Virus record (IMG/VR): IMGVR_UViG_3300021057_000017
Coordinates: 1 to 44,248 of that record
Reading direction: 5' to 3' (one strand)
DNA from: a virus
DNA length: 44,248 bases
Below the pieces are notes generated by a model that had not been told where the DNA came from, made no database searches, and was given only the letters and a program-made list of their open reading frames with translations. Positions 24,783 through 32,135 of this stretch are shown piece after piece; the stretch's first letter is position 1, and each line of letters begins with the position of its first letter. Both the position numbers and the translations under genes were made by a program.

Positions 24783-24857
24783 AGCCAACCATGGACGCAC
24801 GGTCTAGGTGCCCGACGCCTTGCGGCGAGGGTTTTCCATGATTGGCTCGATTTTTTT
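24783..24857. terminator. Long hairpin flanked by T-runs on both strands (bidirectional terminator candidate)
   Basis: agccaaccatgga (24783-24795) pairs with tccatgattggct (24835-24847) with one mismatch. An inner cgcc/ggcg stem is present. TTTTTTT follows on the plus strand and cttcttttttgc on the minus strand. Confidence 0.5.
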
Positions 24858-24895
24858 GTGGGTTACTAGACCGTGCTAAAATCATAAGTCTCTTT

Positions 24896-25258
24896 CTAAA
24901 CCTTTTCCGGTAGATTGTCAACATTAATTTCTTTTAATTTATTTTTGATAAAATGCGTATAACAATCTCGATCCATGAATTGATCTTCGCACCAAATTTC
25001 CTCGCCAAGAAATTTCCTCTCATCCTTGACCGGAACGTACAAAAATAAATCTTCATAGCGCATCTTTGTTTCGTTCACGATGAAGCCGACAAAGTTGCCG
25101 GAGATATTACACTGGTTATGAATAATTTGGCTGATGTAGGATGGCTTTACGCCGTACTTCTCAGCCAAGTATTTCTGATTGTTGCGAGTCAATTTGAGCC
25201 ATTTTTTGACAATTGGCCCTCTTATGAGTAGCATGTTTTCATTTACCTCCAGCTTCAC
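24896..25258 (-). CDS. Helix-turn-helix regulator (repressor candidate)
   Basis: 120 aa, AT-rich. LTRNNQKYLAEKYGVKPSYISQIIHNQ is an HTH. A terminator-like hairpin follows, suggesting an isolated transcription unit. Confidence 0.6.
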   Translation of the reverse strand: MKLEVNENMLLIRGPIVKKWLKLTRNNQKYLAEKYGVKPSYISQIIHNQCNISGNFVGFIVNETKMRYEDLFLYVPVKDERKFLGEEIWCEDQFMDRDCYTHFIKNKLKEINVDNLPEKV

Positions 25259-25380
25259 TTTACCTTGCTAAATTCGCCTCGTAGTTTATGAATAGATATA
25301 AGTCCGTGTTCTTGAGGCGTTGAAAGTTAAAGCATGAAAGGTTTCTTTGTCATGCGACAAAAGAGAGGGCAAAAAAAATC

Positions 25381-25545
25381 TTAGATTAACTTCTCTATCT
25401 CTTCGCGTGGAACAAGAATAGTTTTCCCGGCCAGTTTGTAATCCACCTTGCGCGTCTTGACGAGATAGAGAATCGCTTGCCGCGTTTTTCCATGAAGCGC
25501 GGCAATCTCTGAAACCGTTAGATAGTCTTTGAGTGTTGTGTCCAT
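25381..25545 (-). CDS. Excisionase/MerR-type (HTH_17-like) DNA-binding protein (54 aa)
   Basis: Not in the track: MDTTLKDYLTVSEIAALHGKTRQAILYLVKTRKVDYKLAGKTILVPREEIEKLI. This is the classic Xis/AlpA-like layout, and it replaces the out-of-frame 125-aa track ORF. Confidence 0.7.
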   Translation of the reverse strand: MDTTLKDYLTVSEIAALHGKTRQAILYLVKTRKVDYKLAGKTILVPREEIEKLI

Positions 25546-25727
25546 AGGTAATCAGATTCTCCGCTCTAGCCATTGGCATTGCGCCAACAATCGCACCAGA
25601 ACGGCTGACCCGCTTGACGCGGATTGTGCCGGAAAGAATATTCATAATATTATAGTCGCTCATTGTAGGATTTCAAGCTAAATTTGTGAATGACCAGATT
25701 CCCCTTTTTCCTGACCTTTTGCGCACC

Positions 25728-25931
25728 CTAAATAGACTCTTTTGTGTGAGGCTCAATTACTTCAATGGTGATACGGATTTTAATAGCTCTTTCTTGAGGC
25801 AACCAAAATCCTTCTTTCTGTGTGAAAGCTCCAAGCATTTCTATTGCTCCGCCTGGGCATGGATAATCTTTATCTAGCCAAGCTGATTCAGTTGTCCATC
25901 CTATTAATTCTTTCTTTGAAGGCGCACCCAC
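25728..25931 (-). CDS. Hypothetical protein
   Basis: 67-aa track ORF with a GTG start immediately after the upstream TAG. Confidence 0.45.
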   Translation of the reverse strand: MGAPSKKELIGWTTESAWLDKDYPCPGGAIEMLGAFTQKEGFWLPQERAIKIRITIEVIEPHTKESI

Positions 25932-26177
25932 CTAAACACCCTCCTTTGTGCGTGTCTTGAATCCTTCGAATAGTTCTAAATCCTCTTCTTTTGGCATTAG
26001 AGAGAAGCCGCTGACTGAATAAACAATTCCTGGTGGAACGCCAAAAAACTCCTCAAACTTAATATGAATCGATTCAATCCGTCCTATTGATACCGCTTTA
26101 TGTGACGGATTAAAGTGAAACTCGTCATTCATTATTACAATATCCCCTATCTTAAACTTTGGTTTCCGCGCACCCAT
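25932..26177 (-). CDS. Hypothetical protein
   Basis: 81-aa track ORF. Confidence 0.5.
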   Translation of the reverse strand: MGARKPKFKIGDIVIMNDEFHFNPSHKAVSIGRIESIHIKFEEFFGVPPGIVYSVSGFSLMPKEEDLELFEGFKTRTKEGV

Positions 26178-26180
26178 GAT

Positions 26181-26543
26181 TTAACCCTCTGCCTTAGTGA
26201 TAGCCTGTTTAAGCTGATGAATCAAATTCCCAGCACCATTAAACGGGGATTCTTCGCACCCTTCGGACGGATGCTTTGAATAGTCGTAGCGATCTTCTAA
26301 TTGTAATAGCGCCTCTTTACACGCCTCTAACAGCGCCTCATGATTATTCACCGCTTTGACGATGTATGCGGCGTTTGCGTTAATTAAGTCCTTATCATCA
26401 GCGATTGTTCCCCATTCAACACCACAGTCAGCGATAATATGACCTTGTTCGGAATAAACCGCATAGACTTTTTCGTTCGATTCATCTTTCCACATTGTCA
26501 TTAACAGCTTCCACGGTGTAGCAGTATGTTCGCGCACCCTCAT
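26181..26543 (-). CDS. Hypothetical protein, paralog of 27499..27819
   Basis: 120 aa. TATPWKLL...NANAAYIVKAVNNHEALLEACKEAL parallels TPGPWEVY...KNAALIAAAPELLEALI. Confidence 0.55.
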   Translation of the reverse strand: MRVREHTATPWKLLMTMWKDESNEKVYAVYSEQGHIIADCGVEWGTIADDKDLINANAAYIVKAVNNHEALLEACKEALLQLEDRYDYSKHPSEGCEESPFNGAGNLIHQLKQAITKAEG

Positions 26544-26905
26544 TCTCCTTTAGGCTCATACTTAGCTTTTAACCTTGCAAGCTCGTCTCTTTCTGTTTTC
26601 TCTTCCATTTCCTTGCGTAGCCGCTCATTTTCTTTTCTATTGGCATCAGCTTCCTGGTGATTGCGCCACCATAGCTGCATTTCAAGAGAGCAGTTTTTTA
26701 CATTAATGCTTTGGAGTTTGACACATAGCTCTGATACTTTGGTATCTAGAGTTTCCTTATTAGCTCTGCAATAGGCTCTATTGTCATAGCCATCCCATGC
26801 TTTTTTGTCTATATTCTTGCCTTCAAGCTCATCGAGTAGCTGGTAAACACGGCTCAGTTCAATTTCTAGGCCGTTAGCTTGTAAATAATCAGAATTACAA
26901 GGCAT
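26540..26905 (-). CDS. Hypothetical coiled-coil protein
   Basis: 121-aa track ORF with an ATGA overlap. Confidence 0.5.
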   Translation of the reverse strand: MPCNSDYLQANGLEIELSRVYQLLDELEGKNIDKKAWDGYDNRAYCRANKETLDTKVSELCVKLQSINVKNCSLEMQLWWRNHQEADANRKENERLRKEMEEKTERDELARLKAKYEPKGE

Positions 26906-27028
26906 TTATTTATCTCCTTTAGGCGCGGTTTGCGCCCCATCTATCGTTAAAGCACCACAAAAGGCTAGGTGTTCGTACCAGTCTTTGCGTGATGCAAATA
27001 TTTCGTTAGGACAATTAAGACACTTCAT
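26906..27028 (-). CDS. Cys-containing microprotein (40 aa)
   Basis: MKCLNCPNEIFASRKDWYEHLAFCGALTIDGAQTAPKGDK. Its stop abuts the next ATG. Confidence 0.4.
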   Translation of the reverse strand: MKCLNCPNEIFASRKDWYEHLAFCGALTIDGAQTAPKGDK

Positions 27029-27201
27029 TTTGAGTACACCTTTTCCGCTGAATCATAGATTTCTTTTACGCCGCCATCAGCTCTTAATTCTGAAACGTGC
27101 CATTCTCGCTCTCGCCCATCATCAGCTATGACTTTCGCCCAGCCTTCGGCATCAATCGAGAGAATCTTTGTTATTGGAGTCTCGAATCGTGTCCAGATCA
27201 T
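27025..27201 (-). CDS. Hypothetical microprotein (58 aa)
   Basis: MIWTRFETPITKILSIDAEGWAKVIADDGREREWHVSELRADGGVKEIYDSAEKVYSK, with AAGGGGGA upstream and an ATGA overlap. Confidence 0.45.
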   Translation of the reverse strand: MIWTRFETPITKILSIDAEGWAKVIADDGREREWHVSELRADGGVKEIYDSAEKVYSK

Positions 27202-27238
27202 CTATTCCCCCTTTTCTTTACCCGCGCGGAGCGCACTG

Positions 27239-27403
27239 TTAATAACGCTTTGTGTAAACTCTTTCAGAACAAGTATTGCAATACCAGGCTCTTAGACTTG
27301 GCGTATGGCTTTGCCCCTCTTGCCAGTAATGCGTATGTTTCATCGAGCGTGTAAACCATCCAACGCACCATCCAACAACACTACCGATAACAAAATCAAG
27401 CAT
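27239..27403 (-). CDS. Microprotein with N-terminal TM helix (54 aa)
   Basis: MLDFVIGSVVGWCVGWFTRSMKHTHYWQEGQSHTPSLRAWYCNTCSERVYTKRY. Confidence 0.4.
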   Translation of the reverse strand: MLDFVIGSVVGWCVGWFTRSMKHTHYWQEGQSHTPSLRAWYCNTCSERVYTKRY

Positions 27404-27506
27404 TGCGATTTAACTCCCTCAACGCGCACACAAAATCTGACCAGTCCTCTATCACGTTAGTTTGGTACTCCCTCCATAGCCTGTCAACCTGCTCAGTCCT
27501 AGACAT
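27396..27506 (-). CDS. Hypothetical microprotein (36 aa)
   Basis: MSRTEQVDRLWREYQTNVIEDWSDFVCALRELNRNA, with 8-nt overlaps at both ends. Confidence 0.3.
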   Translation of the reverse strand: MSRTEQVDRLWREYQTNVIEDWSDFVCALRELNRNA

Positions 27507-27819
27507 TGCGGCCCTCGGCTTTGGCTATTACACCACATTGAAAACAGCTCTCACCCTCTTCGGTACGTCCTTTTGCGCACTCTTCAGGATCGTGCGATAG
27601 GATAAGAGCCTCCAAAAGCTCCGGCGCGGCGGCGATTAGAGCGGCATTTTTTTCGTCTAGCGCATGAGGATAATAAGTTTCATTGTTGCAGATAGTCTCC
27701 CCACTATCTTTTGATCTAACGCCGACACCTTTGCACTCGTCAGCTTCATGTGAACGCTCGAAATAATAGACTTCCCACGGTCCAGGCGTATGTCGCGCAC
27801 CACTCTGTTTAGTCTCCAT
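27499..27819 (-). CDS. Hypothetical protein, paralog of 26181..26543
   Basis: 106 aa with HTPGPWEV...NAALIAAAPELLEAL, a motif pair seen in many phage hypothetical proteins. Confidence 0.55.
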   Translation of the reverse strand: METKQSGARHTPGPWEVYYFERSHEADECKGVGVRSKDSGETICNNETYYPHALDEKNAALIAAAPELLEALILSHDPEECAKGRTEEGESCFQCGVIAKAEGRNV

Positions 27820-27840
27820 TAGCGTATCCTCCTTAGTGCT

Positions 27841-28245
27841 TTAAACTTCAATCCCTGCCCGATCAGCTAGCCGTCTAGCTGTTTCCTCGAACGCGTACCA
27901 CGCCATAAGGTTTTCAAACTGATCGGTCCCGCCTACATTCTCGGTCCCGTTAAGAATGGCAAGCATTTCAAATACGTTCTTATGCCCAACTTCTTCGGCC
28001 TGTTCGATTGCCAAATCCCATATATCGTCTTTATGGTCTCTATAGAAGGCTATCGTGTCGGAGTAGTAGATAAGATCACTTACAAAACCGGACGCGCACC
28101 CGCCATGAAACAAGTCCTCAAGAACGCCCTTGATACCGCTATCATAATCAGTGGCCTTTTCATTCAGCCAATTAAAAACGAATTTCTCCAGATCGTTTTC
28201 TGTGCTGACTTCCAATTTAGTTACGACTTTGGTATTCTTTTTCAT
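27841..28245 (-). CDS. Hypothetical acidic early protein
   Basis: 134 aa with GAGGAGA upstream. Conserved-looking core GGCASGFVSDLIYYSDTIAFY. Function unknown. Confidence 0.55.
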   Translation of the reverse strand: MKKNTKVVTKLEVSTENDLEKFVFNWLNEKATDYDSGIKGVLEDLFHGGCASGFVSDLIYYSDTIAFYRDHKDDIWDLAIEQAEEVGHKNVFEMLAILNGTENVGGTDQFENLMAWYAFEETARRLADRAGIEV

Positions 28246-28279
28246 GGGTCAATCTCCTCTTTAGGTTGACTGCTACTAC

Positions 28280-28314
28280 CCCGACAGCGTTAGCGCGCTG
28301 ATCGGGCTTTTTTT
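28280..28314 (+). terminator. Intrinsic terminator oriented on the plus strand inside the minus-strand block
   Basis: cccgacagcg (28280-28289) pairs with cgctgatcggg (28296-28306) in a 10-bp stem with one bulge, followed by c+TTTTTTT (28308-28314). On the minus strand the run is A7 upstream of the stem, so the element is not functional there. Confidence 0.55.
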
Positions 28315-28349
28315 ATGCGCTTTCGCGCCCCTCCAATAAAGGTTATAGG

Positions 28350-28496
28350 TTACTTGACCGGAATTACCCAAAGAGTCCATTTACCGACTAAATTCTGTTC
28401 GACATACTCCAAAGCCGCATAATCGTTAGGGGCTTTGAAATGGTGTTGCTCTAGTGCTTTTCCTTGCTCGTGCTTCATTGCCGTGTAACAGATCAT
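28350..28496 (-). CDS. Hypothetical microprotein (48 aa)
   Basis: MICYTAMKHEQGKALEQHHFKAPNDYAALEYVEQNLVGKWTLWVIPVK, with AAGGGGGGA upstream. Confidence 0.4.
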   Translation of the reverse strand: MICYTAMKHEQGKALEQHHFKAPNDYAALEYVEQNLVGKWTLWVIPVK

Positions 28497-28566
28497 CTTA
28501 TCCCCCCTTTGTTATCCCTAGACGCTCTTTCGAGCGTTTCGCCGGCCCACCGGCTCGTCAGTAGGG

Positions 28567-28743
28567 TTAAAGTCTAATGTCTTTAACGTCAATCAAGTCT
28601 ATTTCATCCATTTTTTGAAGCGTGCAATTATAGAATCTGTAGAATCGTCGGACACCATCAAAGCGCGATTTGTCGTTCTCCTGACAATATTCAATATTTT
28701 CAGATCTAATACGATCGCCGTCTTCGGTATATATAATGTGCAT
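28567..28743 (-). CDS. Hypothetical microprotein (58 aa)
   Basis: MHIIYTEDGDRIRSENIEYCQENDKSRFDGVRRFYRFYNCTLQKMDEIDLIDVKDIRL, with GAGGGGAGAGG upstream. Confidence 0.4.
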   Translation of the reverse strand: MHIIYTEDGDRIRSENIEYCQENDKSRFDGVRRFYRFYNCTLQKMDEIDLIDVKDIRL

Positions 28744-28812
28744 CCTCTCCCCTCTTTCCGCGCTATTCGCGCTGTTTATATTGTGTGTGTGTCAACAAGA
28801 GACACAAAAAAA

Positions 28813-28941
28813 CTACTTAGACTTCTCTGTCTCTTTCGCCCATTCATGCCCACAACGACGACACATGAATGTTTTCGACTTAATCCTGTAATACACTGTT
28901 TCACATTTACATTCTGGGCATTGTGGTTTCATGCCCGACAT
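28813..28941 (-). CDS. Zinc-ribbon microprotein (42 aa)
   Basis: MSGMKPQCPECKCETVYYRIKSKTFMCRRCGHEWAKETEKSK. It starts 1 nt after the SprT-like stop. Confidence 0.45.
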   Translation of the reverse strand: MSGMKPQCPECKCETVYYRIKSKTFMCRRCGHEWAKETEKSK

Positions 28942-28942
28942 T

Positions 28943-29293
28943 TTAGCTTGTTTGCGTGTGAGTGTCAACATTTTTCAAGCGCGTCCTTTTATGGTAGCTC
29001 TTTAGCAATCCCGGAACAGCATCAAGTGTACCGCCAATGCGAAGGACAGTTTCGCGCCATTTATCATCATGCCCACTCTCAGAAATAACGTGCGCAACCT
29101 CATGCAACATTAGCTCATTTGAATCTAAGCGGCGTTCTGATAAGAAGCAAATCCAACCTTTGTAATGGCCTTTAATGTGTGAGTGAGCCTTTGCCCGAAA
29201 GCGTGAGCCTTCGCCGCGCTCTACGCACCCACCAACAAAGATCCCTTTTACTTCAGGATGCTTTGATTTAATTGGATGAACAACTACGCCCAT
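28943..29293 (-). CDS. SprT-like HExxH zinc metalloprotease-fold protein (first gene of the early block)
   Basis: LMLHEVAHVISESGHDDKWRETVLRIGG fits the SprT pattern HExxH...GH...W. The start is taken at the Met with AAGGGGGA upstream; the track ORF extends to 29332. Confidence 0.6.
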   Translation of the reverse strand: MGVVVHPIKSKHPEVKGIFVGGCVERGEGSRFRAKAHSHIKGHYKGWICFLSERRLDSNELMLHEVAHVISESGHDDKWRETVLRIGGTLDAVPGLLKSYHKRTRLKNVDTHTQTS

Positions 29294-29332
29294 TATTCCC
29301 CCTTTGTTGAGTAAATTATAGCACACACACAC

Positions 29333-29478
29333 AAACAGTCAATGTCTTATTTCCACTATTTTCTGTCCTAATTCCACCTAGGCCTTTGGCGCGGTTTTGA
29401 TAAAAGAGCGCCTCCCTAAGACTTTTGCGCCCCTAAAAGCTTGACCTTATACTAAGAGAGGAATAAACAATGTAAGTA
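29333..29478. promoter_or_regulatory. Divergent intergenic control region between early (minus) and late (plus) blocks
   Basis: 146-bp gap between divergent first genes. It contains TTGACC at ~29440 and small stems (cttttg..aaaag, ggcgc..gcgcc). No promoter could be assigned with confidence. Confidence 0.35.
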
Positions 29479-29973
29479 ATGGAAGAGCCCATAATCCCCG
29501 AACCGATTCAAGAAGCAATCAACCAAATACCCGAAATCGCGCACCCAAAAGAACCTAAAGTATCTGCTATAGGAAGCACTATAGAGAGGAATAAGAGGAT
29601 ATTAGAGAGGTATTGCAAGGGCGATAAGATTATGGACATTGCTAACGAGCATGGAATCTCACAAGTTAGAGTATGGCAAATCATTGGGAAGAATAAGGCT
29701 CTTGTTAAGTTAGACAAAGAGGTAGAAAAGGTTCGACGGATCAACAGGCTGAAGAAGCTGGAACAGATGGCCCCAAAGAACCTTGCGCCCAAGGATGCAA
29801 AGGATCTTGTAGCCGTTTTAGAGGCCCAAAGGAAGGAATTAGAGCCCGAGAATGACCCTAGACCATCTCAAACCATCAATGTGCAGATAAACGCCCTGCA
29901 AATCGATGGTAAAAGCCAATCGGAGCTATGGGAAATGACCAGGAAACTAATCGAAGGAACTCCAAATACTTAG
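29479..29973 (+). CDS. terS: Terminase small subunit candidate (HTH DNA-binding protein)
   Basis: 164 aa, located upstream of terL (separated by the 259-bp gap 29974..30231). MDIANEHGISQVRVWQIIGKN is a sigma-region-4-like HTH, followed by a coiled-coil tail. Confidence 0.5.
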   Translation: MEEPIIPEPIQEAINQIPEIAHPKEPKVSAIGSTIERNKRILERYCKGDKIMDIANEHGISQVRVWQIIGKNKALVKLDKEVEKVRRINRLKKLEQMAPKNLAPKDAKDLVAVLEAQRKELEPENDPRPSQTINVQINALQIDGKSQSELWEMTRKLIEGTPNT

Positions 29974-30231
29974 ATTTCTAATGTCCTCAAAGTATACTTA
30001 TGTAAGCTATTATGCTAGAGGGCCTTACATGTTAATAGAATACATGTCACAAACCACAACTAATGGTAGGAAATAACTAAGTGTTGGTGATTGTTAAGCG
30101 AATGGATTATGGGAGAGAACCACACCAAGGGGACGGGTACCCCCCTAGAGGCGGGGGTGGGTGATTACTGATAATGCTCTCTCCCAACTTTTATATAATT
30201 TTTTTAATATTCCTCTATTTTCTCTATTAAC

Positions 30232-31848
30232 ATGGAAGTGAATATCAAACAAGAAGTCAATCCAGTCTCATCCCCATCTCCAGATGCCCCCGCAACTGTA
30301 AATAAAGACCCGTACGCGAATGTTTTGTATAGAACGAAGGTTCTATACCATGCCCTGAATAAACCAGAGCTCCAGGCCATACAAATCGCAATGTGCCGAA
30401 AAGATGTTCTTTATTGGGTCAACACCTTCTGCTCAACCTACAATCCGAGGAAAACCCCATCCGTGATTCCATTCATCACGTATGAGTACGAAGACAAACT
30501 CATTCTCGACCTCGTAGACCACATTAGAGGCCAAAAGGATCTTCTCATTGATAAGTCAAGGGACATGGGGGTTACGTGGTGCGTTCTTCTGGCCTTTACG
30601 TGGTTATGGCAGTTTGGAGACGAGGGATCGGATTTCTTAGTAGGAAGCCGTAAAGAGCAGTACATCGACGTTATGGGCAATATGGACACCCTTCTTGAGA
30701 AGGTGCGCTTTCTTATCCGAAACGAGCCTGTTTGGTTAAGGCCCAAAGGCTTCGATTTTAAAACCCACTCCAATTACCTAAAGATCGTGAACCCTGAGAC
30801 CAAAAGCACCATTACGGGAGAAGCCACGAACAATAACTTCTCTAGAGGCGGTAGGCGTAGAGCTATCTTTTTTGACGAATTTGCCTTCTGGGAGTGCGAT
30901 CAAGCTGCGTGGCGTGCTTCTGCCGACTCCACTAACTGCCGGATTGTGGTCTCTACCCCATACGGGTTCAATAACCAGTTTGCGAAATTAAGACACTCAG
31001 GCTCTATTGACGTGAGGTCTCTTCACTGGACACTTCATCCAGAGAAAGACAAGGCCTGGTACGACAACGAGTGTAAGCGCAGAAATAACGACGCCGTTGA
31101 AATCGCGCAGGAACTGGACATTAACTACGAGGGCTCAGAGGAAGGGGTGCTTTTCGAGTTCTCAGAGCTTAAAGGCGCGGTTAAAAATGAGCCTCTAATG
31201 AGCCCGGACCGGAAAGTCGTCGCACTCGACCCCGCAGGCGAAGGAGATGATGAGGCGGTCTTTTACGTCTCAAATAACGGAAACATCGTAGAGCGCAAGT
31301 TCATCGCAAAATCAAACGACATGGAGCTTGCCGCAGAGAGTGTGAGCCTCATCAATAAGCACAAGGCCCAGGTTTTTATCGCAGACGCTATTGGTTCCGG
31401 TGTTATCGGGATAGTCACGAACCTACTCGGCAAGAATGAAAGAAACGTTAAGATCATCGCCTTTAAGTCCTCAGAGAAGGCCAAAGACCCCGTTAAGTAC
31501 TACAACAGGCGCGATGAGGTCTACCACCAGGCCGCCCAGCAGATGAAGTCCGGCAATGTTCAAGTCGATGATGACTACACGCTCATGAAGCAGTTAAACG
31601 CCACTAAGTACAAAACAGACAATGGCAGAATCTACATTTCGCCCAAAGAGGAGATTAAGGCGGCCGTCGGCTCCTCCCCTGACCGCGCTGATGCCTGGGT
31701 TTTGGCGGTAGAAGGGCTTAAATACACCCACTCTCTACGCGAAGTTTTATCCATCGACGCTTTCCGTCAAGGCCCGGGTTTTCGGGATCTCCAAGGGGTC
31801 CGGAGCGGCGAAGAGTACGGCGACTGGCAAGATACCCTTGATAACTAA
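30232..31848 (+). CDS. terL: Terminase large subunit
   Basis: 538 aa. Walker A-like LIDKSRDMGVTW and Walker B AIFFDEFAFWE are present. The C-terminal RNaseH-like nuclease block is VVALDPAGEGDDEAVFYV...ADAIGSG...DRADAW. Confidence 0.9.
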   Translation: MEVNIKQEVNPVSSPSPDAPATVNKDPYANVLYRTKVLYHALNKPELQAIQIAMCRKDVLYWVNTFCSTYNPRKTPSVIPFITYEYEDKLILDLVDHIRGQKDLLIDKSRDMGVTWCVLLAFTWLWQFGDEGSDFLVGSRKEQYIDVMGNMDTLLEKVRFLIRNEPVWLRPKGFDFKTHSNYLKIVNPETKSTITGEATNNNFSRGGRRRAIFFDEFAFWECDQAAWRASADSTNCRIVVSTPYGFNNQFAKLRHSGSIDVRSLHWTLHPEKDKAWYDNECKRRNNDAVEIAQELDINYEGSEEGVLFEFSELKGAVKNEPLMSPDRKVVALDPAGEGDDEAVFYVSNNGNIVERKFIAKSNDMELAAESVSLINKHKAQVFIADAIGSGVIGIVTNLLGKNERNVKIIAFKSSEKAKDPVKYYNRRDEVYHQAAQQMKSGNVQVDDDYTLMKQLNATKYKTDNGRIYISPKEEIKAAVGSSPDRADAWVLAVEGLKYTHSLREVLSIDAFRQGPGFRDLQGVRSGEEYGDWQDTLDN

Positions 31849-32002
31849 ACAGCGCCAAAAACTCTCTAATCTGCTTGACCTTGTAGAGTCCTCCAATGAA
31901 TATATGATTGAACTTAAGGCCGAAAGAGAATTTTTGCTTGACGTTTTTCATACCTACAGACATTTTTTGAATGAGCTGGAGAGAAAGAGCGCGAAGCAAT
32001 AA
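31838..32002 (+). CDS. Possible small coiled-coil protein (54 aa)
   Basis: TTG start overlapping the terL end: LITKQRQKLSNLLDLVESSNEYMIELKAEREFLLDVFHTYRHFLNELERKSAKQ. No clear RBS. Confidence 0.25.
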   Translation: MITKQRQKLSNLLDLVESSNEYMIELKAEREFLLDVFHTYRHFLNELERKSAKQ

Positions 32003-32069
32003 GTTTTAAGTCATAAGATCCGCCGTTGCAACGGCCCTTGTGACCCCCGATAGCATTAAAAGCCTAGCT

Positions 32070-32110
32070 AGGCAGGTGCGGTTTAAAACCCGTGTCTGCC
32101 TATTTTTTTT
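32070..32110 (+). terminator. Intrinsic terminator between terL and portal
   Basis: aggcag (32070-32075) pairs with ctgcct (32096-32101), with inner ggttt/aaacc pairing, followed by aTTTTTTTT (32103-32110). Confidence 0.55.
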
Positions 32111-32135
32111 GCTATCGGGACACCTTTAGGAGCGT

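Noticed and set aside
25286-25663. 125-aa track ORF.
   Set aside because: Beyond about the first 40 codons it is R/S-rich and low in complexity. It overlaps, out of frame, a clean 54-aa Xis/MerR-type HTH gene (25381..25545). Only the HTH gene is called. The first ~40 codons might be a separate leader peptide, but I cannot support that.
27982-28269. 95-aa plus-strand ORF antisense to 27841..28245, ending just before the plus-strand terminator.
   Set aside because: The position is tempting, but the peptide is hydrophobic and low in complexity with no RBS. Any plus-strand transcript here is more likely non-coding antisense RNA.
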